Under the pieces are notes generated by a model that was not told where the DNA came from, searched no databases, and saw nothing but the letters and a program-made list of their open reading frames with translations. A program made the position numbers and the translations under genes. A DNA stretch of 64,000 nucleotides from an uncultured Actinomycetes bacterium. GTDB lineage: Bacteria; Actinomycetota; Thermoleophilia; Gaiellales; JAICJC01. The first letter of the stretch is position 1. Each line of letters opens with the position of its first letter. The DNA is taken from contig CAWEIS010000028.1 in assembly GCA_963809205.1 (NCBI GenBank), forward strand, positions 76,469 to 140,468, given 5' to 3'. Positions 54,901 to 62,509 of the stretch are shown in pieces.

Positions 54901-55479
54901 CAGTGGATAGCACCAGCAGCGGTGTATGGCTATTTTCGGGCGGCTGCCGAGGGTGATGACACCGTTCTCCTGGGAGAGTCGGGGGAGGAGGTCGGGCGCT
55001 TCGGGTTCCCGCGCCAGGCGCGGCACCAGCAGCTCTGCATCTCTGATTACCTTCGCGAGCGTCCTGACGGCGACGTGATCGCACTGCAGATCGCCACGAT
55101 CGGACCGGCCGCGACACAGCATGTCGACGAGCTACAGGCACGCGGAGACTACGCTGAAGCGTTCTTTGCTCACGGCTTGGCGGTGCAGACGGCGGAGGGA
55201 ACGGCCGAGTACGTCCACCGCATGATCAAGCGCGAGCTTGGCCTCGATGCGGAGCAGGGACGCCGCTACTCATGGGGGTATCCAGCCTGCCCAGATCTCG
55301 AAGCGCACGCCACCGTTCTCGCACTGCTGCCCGAGGCTGAGGCCGACCTCGGGCTAGTGCTGTCGCCGGGATACCAGTTCATTCCCGAGCAGACGACCGC
55401 TGCGATCGTCATCCACCATCCCGATGCGGTGTACTTCAACGCGCGGACGAGGGCGGACACTGTCGCCGCGGACTACTGA
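51967..55479 (+). CDS. metH: Cobalamin-dependent methionine synthase
   Basis: 1170 aa with Hcy-binding, pterin-binding, B12-binding ('GDVHDIGKNLV') and AdoMet-activation modules in the canonical order. Confidence 0.95.
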   Translation: MVATRRGRVAVSYLDVVAQRPVLFDGAMGTRIQEADLTAGDFGGERQVGNNDHLSITRPDLIEQIHHEYLEAGADAVETNTFQASPIRMREWGLEELAFEMNLKAAQIARRAADEHATSSRPRFVAGSIGPSGMLPSGTDPALSGVGFGGLSAAFAVQAGGLLEGGVDLLIIETQQDVLETRAAIDGARAAFRAAGRSVPIQVQVALDVTGRMLLGTDIQAVLTILLAMGAEVVGANCSVGPEHLREPVRYMCERSPVPVSVIPNAGLPKNVDGVASYPLGPADMAEALAAFVSEFGTEIIGGCCGSTCEHIAALSDALTTIRRHVRQVVFEPALASGIAASTFEQQPKPLLIGERVNAQGSRALKELLLRDDYEGVLAVARHQVEGGAHALDVCVALTERGDEAEQMEHVVKRLSSGIEAPLVIDSTDAAVVGRALEMYPGRGLINSINMENGRERIDSVVPLAVRHGAACIALTIDEEGMAKTAERKLAIARRIHDICVSEFGLAPNDLMFDALTFTLATGQEEFRRSAIETLEGISSIKRELPGVWTVLGVSNLSFGLAPHSRPVLNSVFLYHAIEAGLDAAIINPAHVVPIYEIGEQERELAEDLVFDRRDDALPRFIAHFDEHTFEGAEERPDLFEGMSTDERIHAKILHRRREGVEDDIDAALDERGARENDTAVDVLNTVLLPAMKDVGDRFGRGELILPFVLQSAEVMKRSVAHLEHYLDRLEGTSKARVVLATVFGDVHDIGKNLVATILSNNGYTVIDLGRQVPLNVIMDRAVEEKADAIGLSALLVSTSKQMALALGELDHRGLRIPVLIGGAAINRSFGRRIAFLEDGRPYEPGVFYCKDAFEGLDAMDRLSDGDARDVLIRERREEALAARDAPKQAPVEDAEEAPGRSGRAALRGDVRVPDPPFFGTRVVRDIAAAEAFSLMDLKSLYKLSWGGKGVRGNAWEALLRDDFEPRRERMQRDAEDTQWIAPAAVYGYFRAAAEGDDTVLLGESGEEVGRFGFPRQARHQQLCISDYLRERPDGDVIALQIATIGPAATQHVDELQARGDYAEAFFAHGLAVQTAEGTAEYVHRMIKRELGLDAEQGRRYSWGYPACPDLEAHATVLALLPEAEADLGLVLSPGYQFIPEQTTAAIVIHHPDAVYFNARTRADTVAADY

Positions 55480-55515
55480 TGTCCTGGTGCGGCCGGCGCG
55501 CCTCGTCGTAGCCGC

Positions 55516-57336
55516 TCAGGCCAGCACGTCGAGCACGCGCTCCGGCTGGCCGAACGGCGCGACCAGGTAGGCACCTGACGCGAGCTCACGTGCGCCGGCC
55601 AGCAGTTCGCGGACGATCGCGACGCCCTCGGCGGCGGCCAGGGCGTCGGCGCGGACGAGCCGGGCGAGCACCGCGTCGGGCACCGTGATGCCGGGCACCT
55701 CGTGGTGCAGGCGGAGCGCCAGCGCGTGGCTGGTCACCGGCCACAGCCCGACGAGGATCGGTATCGGCGGGTCGCCCAGGTCGGTGAGCAGCCGGCGAAG
55801 CGGATCGAGGTCGAACAGCACCTGCGTCATCGCGAACTGCGCGCCGGCCGCGACCTTTCGGTGGAACCGCTCGAGCTCGACGTCGGGGTCGTCGGCGGTC
55901 GGGTTGACCGCCACGCCCACCAGGAAGTCCGTCGGCGCGTCGAGCACCCTGCCGGCCCGGTCCGTGCCCGCGTTCATCGCCGCGATCATCTCGACCAGCC
56001 CGATGGCATCCAGCTGGTAGGCCGCGTCGGAGCCACCGTGGTCGCCGGGCGATGGGTAGTCGCCGGTCACCGCGAGCAGGTTGCGGATGCCGCCGGCGTG
56101 CGCGCCCAAGAGCTGCGACTCGAGGCCCCGGGCCGTGCTATCCCGCGGCGTCAGGTGCGGGATCGTCTCCACCGCGGCCCGCTGCTGAACGAGCGAGGCG
56201 GTCATCAGCGAGCTCATCCGCGCCCGAGCCATCGGGTTGTCGTTGATGTCGAAGAACTCGACGCTGCGCGTCGCGCTGATCTCGTCAACCAGCTCGAACA
56301 GCCGCTCGAGGTTCGAGCCCTTCGGCGGGTCCAGCTCCACCGACGTGACCCACTCGCCGGCCGCGAGCCGCTTCGCCAGTCTGCTGGAGGCCGTGTTCCT
56401 GGGGGCTGCCGGAGTGGGCGCGGGCTCCCGCCGTCTGAAGGCGTATTGGGCGGGTCGGTGCTCGTCCACGGCGCGGCGGATCGCCGCAATGTGGTGCGAC
56501 TGGCTGCCGCAGCACCCGCCGATCAGCCGCGCACCGAGCTCGAGCGCCTGGGCGGCGAACTCGCCGACGTAGGCTTCCGACGCGTCGGGATACAGCACCC
56601 GTCCGTCCCGGTACAGCGGCAGCCCGATGTTCGGCTGGACGGTCAGGGGCGTCGTCGCCGTTCGCTGCATCTCGCGCAGGCCCGCCAGCGCAGACTGCGG
56701 ACCGAGGCTGCAGTTGATGCCGACCGCCGTCACGCCCAGCTGCGCGAGGGCGTCCGCCACCTCGTCGCCGCCGGAGCCGGTGACCGTCTCGCCGTCCTCC
56801 TGCACCGTGATCTGGGCGACCACCGGTAGGTGACACTGGGCGCGCACCGCGCCGACCGCCACCGCGAGCTCCTCCAGCGAGGTGAACGTCTCCAGCATGA
56901 TCAGGTCGGCGCCGCGGCCCTCCAGCACGGCGGCCTGCTCGGCGTAGAGCGCCGCTCCGCGCGGCGTCGCTCCGCCGATCACCTCGACCGACGTGCCCAG
57001 CGGGCCGATCGATCCGGCGATCAGCACGTCGCGGCCGGCGATCTCGCGGGCTTCGCGGGCGATCTTCGCCCCCGCCTCGTTCAGCTCCTCCACCCGGTGC
57101 TCGAACCGGTGCGAGCCGAGCTTGACGGCGTTCGCGCCGTAGGTGTTCGTCTGGATCACGTCGGCACCGGCCCGGATGAACTCGACGTGGGCCGCCAGCA
57201 CGACCTCCCGCGCCTCGAGGTTCGCCTCCTCGGGGAACAGCAGCCGGGGCAGACGGGTGGCGAGCAGCGACCCCATGCCGCCGTCTCCCACCAGCACCTT
57301 CCCGGCCAGCCACTCTGCCATGCGCGAGGACGTCAT
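55516..57336 (-). CDS. metF: Bifunctional homocysteine S-methyltransferase-domain / 5,10-methylenetetrahydrofolate reductase fusion
   Basis: 606 aa. The N-terminal 300 aa are an Hcy-binding S-methyltransferase fold ('GDGGMGSLL', 'GINCSLGP', 'IGGCCGS'). The C-terminal 290 aa are MTHFR-like ('SVELDPPKG', 'FDINDNPMA', 'LLAVTGDYP', 'AGAQFAMTQVLFD'). Confidence 0.9.
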   Translation of the reverse strand: MTSSRMAEWLAGKVLVGDGGMGSLLATRLPRLLFPEEANLEAREVVLAAHVEFIRAGADVIQTNTYGANAVKLGSHRFEHRVEELNEAGAKIAREAREIAGRDVLIAGSIGPLGTSVEVIGGATPRGAALYAEQAAVLEGRGADLIMLETFTSLEELAVAVGAVRAQCHLPVVAQITVQEDGETVTGSGGDEVADALAQLGVTAVGINCSLGPQSALAGLREMQRTATTPLTVQPNIGLPLYRDGRVLYPDASEAYVGEFAAQALELGARLIGGCCGSQSHHIAAIRRAVDEHRPAQYAFRRREPAPTPAAPRNTASSRLAKRLAAGEWVTSVELDPPKGSNLERLFELVDEISATRSVEFFDINDNPMARARMSSLMTASLVQQRAAVETIPHLTPRDSTARGLESQLLGAHAGGIRNLLAVTGDYPSPGDHGGSDAAYQLDAIGLVEMIAAMNAGTDRAGRVLDAPTDFLVGVAVNPTADDPDVELERFHRKVAAGAQFAMTQVLFDLDPLRRLLTDLGDPPIPILVGLWPVTSHALALRLHHEVPGITVPDAVLARLVRADALAAAEGVAIVRELLAGARELASGAYLVAPFGQPERVLDVLA

Positions 57337-57504
57337 CGCCGGAGTGTCGCGCGTCCCGCCGCATCGTGCGGCGCCCGCGCCGCGCGGGATGGAGCTCTGT
57401 GATAGCCAACGGTCATGGCGGCCGCCCAGGCACGGGTGAAGGCCGCGATCGTAGGGGTGTCTACTGGCGAACCACGCCAGGGCGACCGTCGGCCGATTTG
57501 CGTC

Positions 57505-58377
57505 TCAGGGGATTGGTAGCGGCGCTGCGGTGCTGCCGTTGTTGGGCGCGGTGCCGAGCCCGAATGTGCTGTAGAGGCCTGCCTCGAGGCCGTAGTGGGT
57601 GTAGGCCGCTCCGTCAGAGGATCCGCTGGCGACGCCAGCGCCGAGCTCCAGCATGAGGATCCGCTGATTGCGGCCGCTGCCCTCATCAAACGTCAGCAGC
57701 ACGGTGACGTTGGGTTGGGCGAGCAGCTGCGGAACCACCACTCTGAGCCAGTTGTCGCCCATCGTGATGGTGTTCGAGGCGCTGTTGGAGCCGTAGAAGG
57801 TCGGGCATGCCTGGCCTGCGGTCGGCAGCGTATGCATGTCGTTGCACTGGTTCGGCACGATGTAGGAGAACCTGGGTAGCGATGCCGGCTGGAAGGTGGC
57901 CGTGGTCATCGGCACGTCGTGCTGCGCGCAGGACGCGTTTTGGCGATACTGGTAAGCCGGATCGTGCCCCCTGCTGTACAGCGGCTCGGTGCTTCCCGGC
58001 ACGTTTCCGATCGTCCCCGCCCCGCAGTTGCCTGACATCGATTCCTCGAACTCCGTCCACGTCACCGACCCGCCGGTCGCATCGATGGCTTGGAAGACAT
58101 TCGGCGAGGGAGGAGATTGCTTGGCTGTCAGACCGCTGGTCATCGCCAGATAGTTGTGGAGACTGCCGTTGATCACCGCGGAGTAGTTCGTGAACAGCTT
58201 GCCTTGCGGGATCAGCGAGTTGATATAGGGCGCGTTTCGGCTGCCGACGATCTTCGTATAAGCCTTGTTTTCCATCACGATCACCGCGACCTTCGACTGG
58301 GCCTGAGCCTGAGCCGGTCTCACCAAGCCGAGCAACGCCGCACCGGCGATGACAGCAAGCAGAACGCTGCGCGCCAT
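57505..58377 (-). CDS. Secreted phosphoesterase-family protein (AcpA / non-haemolytic PLC-like)
   Basis: GGGAGG + ATG at 58377. Signal peptide 'MARSVLLAVIAGAALLGLVRPAQAQA'. 'VAVIVMENKAYTKIVGSRNAPYINSL' and 'TVLLTFDEGSG' motifs. Confidence 0.8.
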   Translation of the reverse strand: MARSVLLAVIAGAALLGLVRPAQAQAQSKVAVIVMENKAYTKIVGSRNAPYINSLIPQGKLFTNYSAVINGSLHNYLAMTSGLTAKQSPPSPNVFQAIDATGGSVTWTEFEESMSGNCGAGTIGNVPGSTEPLYSRGHDPAYQYRQNASCAQHDVPMTTATFQPASLPRFSYIVPNQCNDMHTLPTAGQACPTFYGSNSASNTITMGDNWLRVVVPQLLAQPNVTVLLTFDEGSGRNQRILMLELGAGVASGSSDGAAYTHYGLEAGLYSTFGLGTAPNNGSTAAPLPIP

Positions 58378-58562
58378 CCGAACCTCCCACCCCCCGCCGT
58401 GCGCGGTGTGAGTCGCCCCTGGCCAGCATGTTTGATGCGCGTTGGTTGCTGCTGTTCGGTTGAAGCCCATACTCATCCCCGTGTTACTCGTAGTCGCTGC
58501 AACGGTGAAAACATGGATTGCCCGCCTCGCTTGCCGATGAAACCATCAGACGTAGCCTCCGA

Positions 58563-60434
58563 CTACTCGTCCGTCGGATGCACCTGCGCCGGCGGATCGG
58601 GCGAGGCGACCCGCGCTTGCCACGGCCTCTGTGGATCGCCGATTGGCGGCTCGCCGACCGATGGAGCTGCCACAGGACGCTGCGGCGCCGGGTCGGGTGG
58701 AGGCTCCGGCGAGCCGCGGGGCCGGCGAACCAGCAGGACGCCCCCGCCGATCGCAACCAGCGCGACCAGCGCGGTCACCACGACCAGGATCAACGTCCAC
58801 ACCGGCACGCCGACCAGCGAGTCGGGGACCGCGAGCGGGCTCGCGGCAAGCGTGCGCTCGTGGCACGACGAGGACGACGTGCCGTTGACGAAGGCGCTGC
58901 TCGGGTTCCCGGACGCGAGCGCGAGCTGGCCTCGCGGCAGCACCGCGCACTGGTTCACCGATGACGTGTGGAAGCGCAGCCATACAAGCCCCAGCACATC
59001 GCCCTGCGAGAGGTCTGAGGCGGTGTCGTGCAGCATCGCGGCGGCGGCGTCCGGCGCCTGGGATACCGGTACCCCGAGCATCTGGTTGACGATGGCACCT
59101 AACACCCGGGTCTGGCGGGCTGACTGGGCGCGGTCGTCGGTGGCGACACCCACGGGGCCGCTGCGCATGTAGACGGCGGCTTGTGCGCCGTTCAGATGGA
59201 TGCGCCCCTTCACGAAGTGGCCGCCCGGCCCCCCACCCCGCGGCGGGATCGTCAGCTCGGTCGGATTGAACAGCGTAATGCCGCCGAGGCCGTCCACGAG
59301 CGCCGAGACCCTGGTCGGCTCGATCGAGACGATGTGATTGATCGGCGTGTGCAGCGCCTGCGAAACCGCCCGGATGGCCGCCGGGATGCCGCCCTTCTGG
59401 TAGATCGAGTTCAGCGTCGGCGTCTCCGTGCCCCCGGGCTTGCGGATGACCGTGAACCGCGGCACGGAGAGCGTCGCCATCTGATCGTGACCCGGCCGCG
59501 TCGCAACCAGCACGGCCGACATGCCCCGCTGCCCGCCGGAGACTCCGGTGCCGGTGATCATCGTGACCTGAGAGTCGCTCGCCATCGAGCCGCCCGACGC
59601 CAGCTGCTGCTCGACGGCTGAATCCACGCGGTTGTTGGACGCGTCAAGGTCGTTCGCCAGGTTGTGGTACCCCCACCCAGCGGCCCCGGCGATGCCGACC
59701 ACCGCGAGCACGATCACGCCGCCGGCCACGCGCCGCGGCTGCAACGCAGACGCGCGGCGACGCCCGCGTTCCCGCGGTCGCGGAGCGCTACGTGGAGTGC
59801 CCGCGGACACGACCGGCGGCGCCACGACCGGCGACGGCGGGGGTGCGGGAGGCTCCCGGCGCTCCGCGAGCGGACGCGGCGGCGCCGGTGCCCGCGGCGG
59901 GGAGCTGACGGGGGCCGGCCGGTCGTCTCGCGACCGGCGCCCAACGGCACCGGCACCGGTCACAGCTGCGGCGGTACGGGTGGCCCGCGATCCGATCCCT
60001 CTGCCCGCCCAGGCGGTGCCGCGTCCCATGGCTCGAACCACGTCGGCAAGAGCGGAGCCGGCAGCGCCCGCCGCGTGAGTCACAGCTGCGACGGTACGGG
60101 TGGTCCCCGATCCGATCCCTCTGCCCGCCCAGGCGGTGCCGCGTCCCATGACTCGAACCACGTCGGCGAGAGCGGAGCCGGCAGCGCCCACCGCGTGGCC
60201 GAGCTTGCGACACCCCCGGCCGATCGCGCGGCCGCCGCGCGGCAACAGCCCGCCCGCCCCTCTCGCCCCAGCCGCAACCGCCCCCGCGGTTGCGGACGCG
60301 ACCTCCGCCGCCGATCGGTGTTCGGGGCCGAGTTCCTCGTCGTCCGCCAGCACCCTGCGAAGCACCAGCCAGACGGCGACGACCAGGACGAGCGCGATGC
60401 AGCTCGAGACGATGACCCAATCCTGCTGGCTCAT
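58563..60434 (-). CDS. LCP (LytR-CpsA-Psr) family glycopolymer transferase with a long repeat-bearing cytoplasmic N-terminus
   Basis: TM 'VIVSSCIALVLVVAVWLVL' and a second 'VIVLAVVGIAGAAGW'. The LCP core follows: 'MSAVLVATRPGHDQMATLSVPR...VSIEPTRVSALVDGLGGITL...LNGAQAAVYMR'. Confidence 0.85.
   Translation of the reverse strand: MSQQDWVIVSSCIALVLVVAVWLVLRRVLADDEELGPEHRSAAEVASATAGAVAAGARGAGGLLPRGGRAIGRGCRKLGHAVGAAGSALADVVRVMGRGTAWAGRGIGSGTTRTVAAVTHAAGAAGSALADVVRAMGRGTAWAGRGIGSRATRTAAAVTGAGAVGRRSRDDRPAPVSSPPRAPAPPRPLAERREPPAPPPSPVVAPPVVSAGTPRSAPRPRERGRRRASALQPRRVAGGVIVLAVVGIAGAAGWGYHNLANDLDASNNRVDSAVEQQLASGGSMASDSQVTMITGTGVSGGQRGMSAVLVATRPGHDQMATLSVPRFTVIRKPGGTETPTLNSIYQKGGIPAAIRAVSQALHTPINHIVSIEPTRVSALVDGLGGITLFNPTELTIPPRGGGPGGHFVKGRIHLNGAQAAVYMRSGPVGVATDDRAQSARQTRVLGAIVNQMLGVPVSQAPDAAAAMLHDTASDLSQGDVLGLVWLRFHTSSVNQCAVLPRGQLALASGNPSSAFVNGTSSSSCHERTLAASPLAVPDSLVGVPVWTLILVVVTALVALVAIGGGVLLVRRPRGSPEPPPDPAPQRPVAAPSVGEPPIGDPQRPWQARVASPDPPAQVHPTDE
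59961..60200. repeat. 120-bp tandem duplication (2 copies) inside the LCP gene
   Basis: 59961-60080 and 60081-60200 both begin 'cacagctgcg' and differ at only a handful of positions. They encode 'GAAGSALADVVR(V/A)MGRGTAWAGRGIGS..TRT.AAVT' twice. Confidence 0.9.
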
Positions 60435-60524
60435 TCGCCAGTCAACCGCCGGGAGCCGTTCATTGGCACCGCGGTACCCTCCTGCGCCTTGCTGCTACAC
60501 CCGGAACCCTGGGTCGACCGAACG

Positions 60525-60860
60525 TTAGCCTGCCAACGCAGTCTGCAGGGATGCGTCGTCCTTGCACTGGTTCAGCTTGAGCGCCTTGATGGTGGTGTTG
60601 CCCCGCCAGTCGACAACCACGTTGAAGCAGGTCGGCGTGGTCTTGCCGGACGTGGCCACCGTGCCGGCGCAGTGCCAGCGCCGTCCATGCGACGCCTTCT
60701 GAACACACACCACCCCCTGAGCACCCTCCTTCGAGGCGACCCGCTGCTGCACGGACGCCAGCGAGATCCGCTGATGCTGCTTGACGTACCAGTACCCGAC
60801 GCCACCGATGACCACCACGACCGCCACCACCGCGACGATGACCGCAACCAGCCGACCCAT
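60525..60860 (-). CDS. Membrane-anchored small hypothetical protein
   Basis: 'MGRLVAVIVAVVAVVVVIGGVGYWYV' anchor followed by an 80-aa Cys-containing ectodomain. Confidence 0.6.
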   Translation of the reverse strand: MGRLVAVIVAVVAVVVVIGGVGYWYVKQHQRISLASVQQRVASKEGAQGVVCVQKASHGRRWHCAGTVATSGKTTPTCFNVVVDWRGNTTIKALKLNQCKDDASLQTALAG

Positions 60861-60885
60861 GCCGATAGCCTAAAGGTTTCCCCAG

Positions 60886-61110
60886 ATGAACCGCACTCCC
60901 CTCCAGCAACTGGCAGCATGGATCGACGACGCGCAGGCCGCCAGACTCGCCCAGCCCGACGCGATGACCCTGGCGACAGCCTCCGCGGACGGCGTACCGT
61001 CCGCCCGGATCGTGCTCCTCACGGCCCGGACGACCGCGGCGCCACGCTGGGACTGGAGCGCGCCCTCGCCGCGGAGCACCCACAGCGCGCTGAGCGCGGC
61101 GTCGATGCCG
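60886..61110 (+). pseudogene. 5' relic of pyridoxamine-5'-phosphate oxidase (pdxH-like), frameshifted and truncated
   Basis: 'MNRTPLQQLAAWIDDAQAARLAQPDAMTLATASADGVPSARIVLL' matches the PdxH N-terminus. The frame then breaks; a weak continuation 'GPDDRGATLGLERALAAEHPQRA' appears in the next frame, and the remaining ~140 codons are absent. Confidence 0.6.
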
Positions 61111-61260
61111 AACACGGCGTCCAGGTTCTCGCCGGCGTCAGCTCGAAGAGTGGTTTACGGAAGTCCGTTGCGCTTGTAACCTTGGCCAGAAACTGTCATG
61201 CTGTCGTGGATTGGCTCGCGGCGACAGCCGGTGGGTGAGGCTCCGAAATGGGGGAATGCC

Positions 61261-62286
61261 ATGACCCGCGTGGGATTGACCGCTTCCGTTTCTCGGGAAC
61301 GGTCTGGGAAAGTTTGGTACGCGAAGCGGCTGGTGGTCACGCTCCTGCTCGCCGCCGTGGTCGCGGGGTCGGTGGGCACGACGAACGCACATGCGGCCGA
61401 TCCGCTGAGCGGCGATCCGGTGATCATGGCGGCGGGAGACATCGCCTGCAGCCCGCACGCCCCGCAGTTCAACGGCGGCGCGGGCAATGCGACGAGCTGC
61501 AAGATGATGGCGACGAGCAACCTGATCCTCGCGGACTCCAGCGTGGACAGGGCACTCGCATTCGGCGATCTGCAGTACGAATGCGGAAACTACAACGACA
61601 TCATCGCCTCGTATGCCATCACGTGGGGCCGCTTCAAGGCGATGACGAAGCCGGCACTCGGCAACCACGAGTACGGCCCGACCGACTCGTTCGGGTTTCC
61701 GTGTCCGCGCGACGGCTCCGGCTATTTCCGATACTTCGCCGAGGATCCGGTGGTCGACGTGGGTGGGCCGAACGGGTACTACAGTTGGGACCTCGGCACC
61801 TGGCACATGGTTGTCGTGAACTCAAACTGCAAGTTCGCCCCGTGCAAGAAGAACACCGCCCAGTACCTGTGGCTGCAGGCCGACCTGGCCGCCTCCAACG
61901 CTCAGTGCACGCTGGCGTATGCACACCACCCGCGCTTCAACGGCAAGAGCGCCAGTCCGACGGGGCAGACGGGCCCGCTGTGGACGCTGCTCTACAACGA
62001 AGGCGCCGAGGTGTTCCTGGCCGGCCACAAGCACGCGTACGCCAGGTTTGCGCCGCTGACTCCGTCAGGGGTCATGGATCCCGTAAGCGGGATTCGCGAG
62101 TTCATCGTCGGCACCGGCGGAATCAACGTCGGGTCCATCAGCAACTCTCTGTCGATGGTGGAGGCGATCGACCCCGCCAGACGCTACGGCGTGATCCGGA
62201 TGGTGCTGCATCCCACGAGTTACGACTGGCAGATGATCGCCATCAACGGATCCATCATCGACTCGGGCAGCTACCCCTGCCATTAG
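61261..62286 (+). CDS. Secreted calcineurin-like metallophosphoesterase (paralog 2 of 3)
   Basis: Signal 'RLVVTLLLAAVVAGSVGTTNAHA'. 'AAGDIACSP', 'AFGDLQYE', 'GNHEY', 'LAGHKHAYARF'; ends 'DSGSYPCH'. Confidence 0.85.
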   Translation: MTRVGLTASVSRERSGKVWYAKRLVVTLLLAAVVAGSVGTTNAHAADPLSGDPVIMAAGDIACSPHAPQFNGGAGNATSCKMMATSNLILADSSVDRALAFGDLQYECGNYNDIIASYAITWGRFKAMTKPALGNHEYGPTDSFGFPCPRDGSGYFRYFAEDPVVDVGGPNGYYSWDLGTWHMVVVNSNCKFAPCKKNTAQYLWLQADLAASNAQCTLAYAHHPRFNGKSASPTGQTGPLWTLLYNEGAEVFLAGHKHAYARFAPLTPSGVMDPVSGIREFIVGTGGINVGSISNSLSMVEAIDPARRYGVIRMVLHPTSYDWQMIAINGSIIDSGSYPCH

Positions 62287-62509
62287 CCTCGAAGGACGGC
62301 TAATCTGGAGACATCGCGCGGTTCGTCAAACCGGCATGAAGCCCACGGGCTGACCGACTGATGACCGTGAGCGCGAGGCCGGCAGCTGCAGCGCGAGGTC
62401 CATCGGGCGGATCCTTCGCGCTTCGAGTGCTGCGCGAGCAGATGACGGTTCTGGCCGACCGCCGCGCGACGCACCACGGCATACTCGCGCTCCGATCGTG
62501 CATGCCACC

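Noticed and set aside
57337-57504. A possible SAM/S-box element in the leader of the metF-fusion gene.
   Set aside because: I found GC-rich hairpins only. The 'UAUCACAGAG' resemblance to an S-box P1/J1-2 is not followed by GGUGGAGGGA, GGCAACC or GGUGC elements.
59961-60200. CRISPR-like or VNTR-like array. I also checked the 18853-19027 repeats.
   Set aside because: Each has only two copies. One pair is in frame inside a CDS. The other has a 55-bp 'spacer' and imperfect repeats. There are no cas genes and no further units.
61140-61260. PhoP/Pho-box-like direct repeats upstream of the three metallophosphoesterase genes. I also checked 33174-33300 and 63512-63640.
   Set aside because: The three upstream regions share no obvious common motif, and I saw no GTTCACC-type 11-nt periodic repeats.
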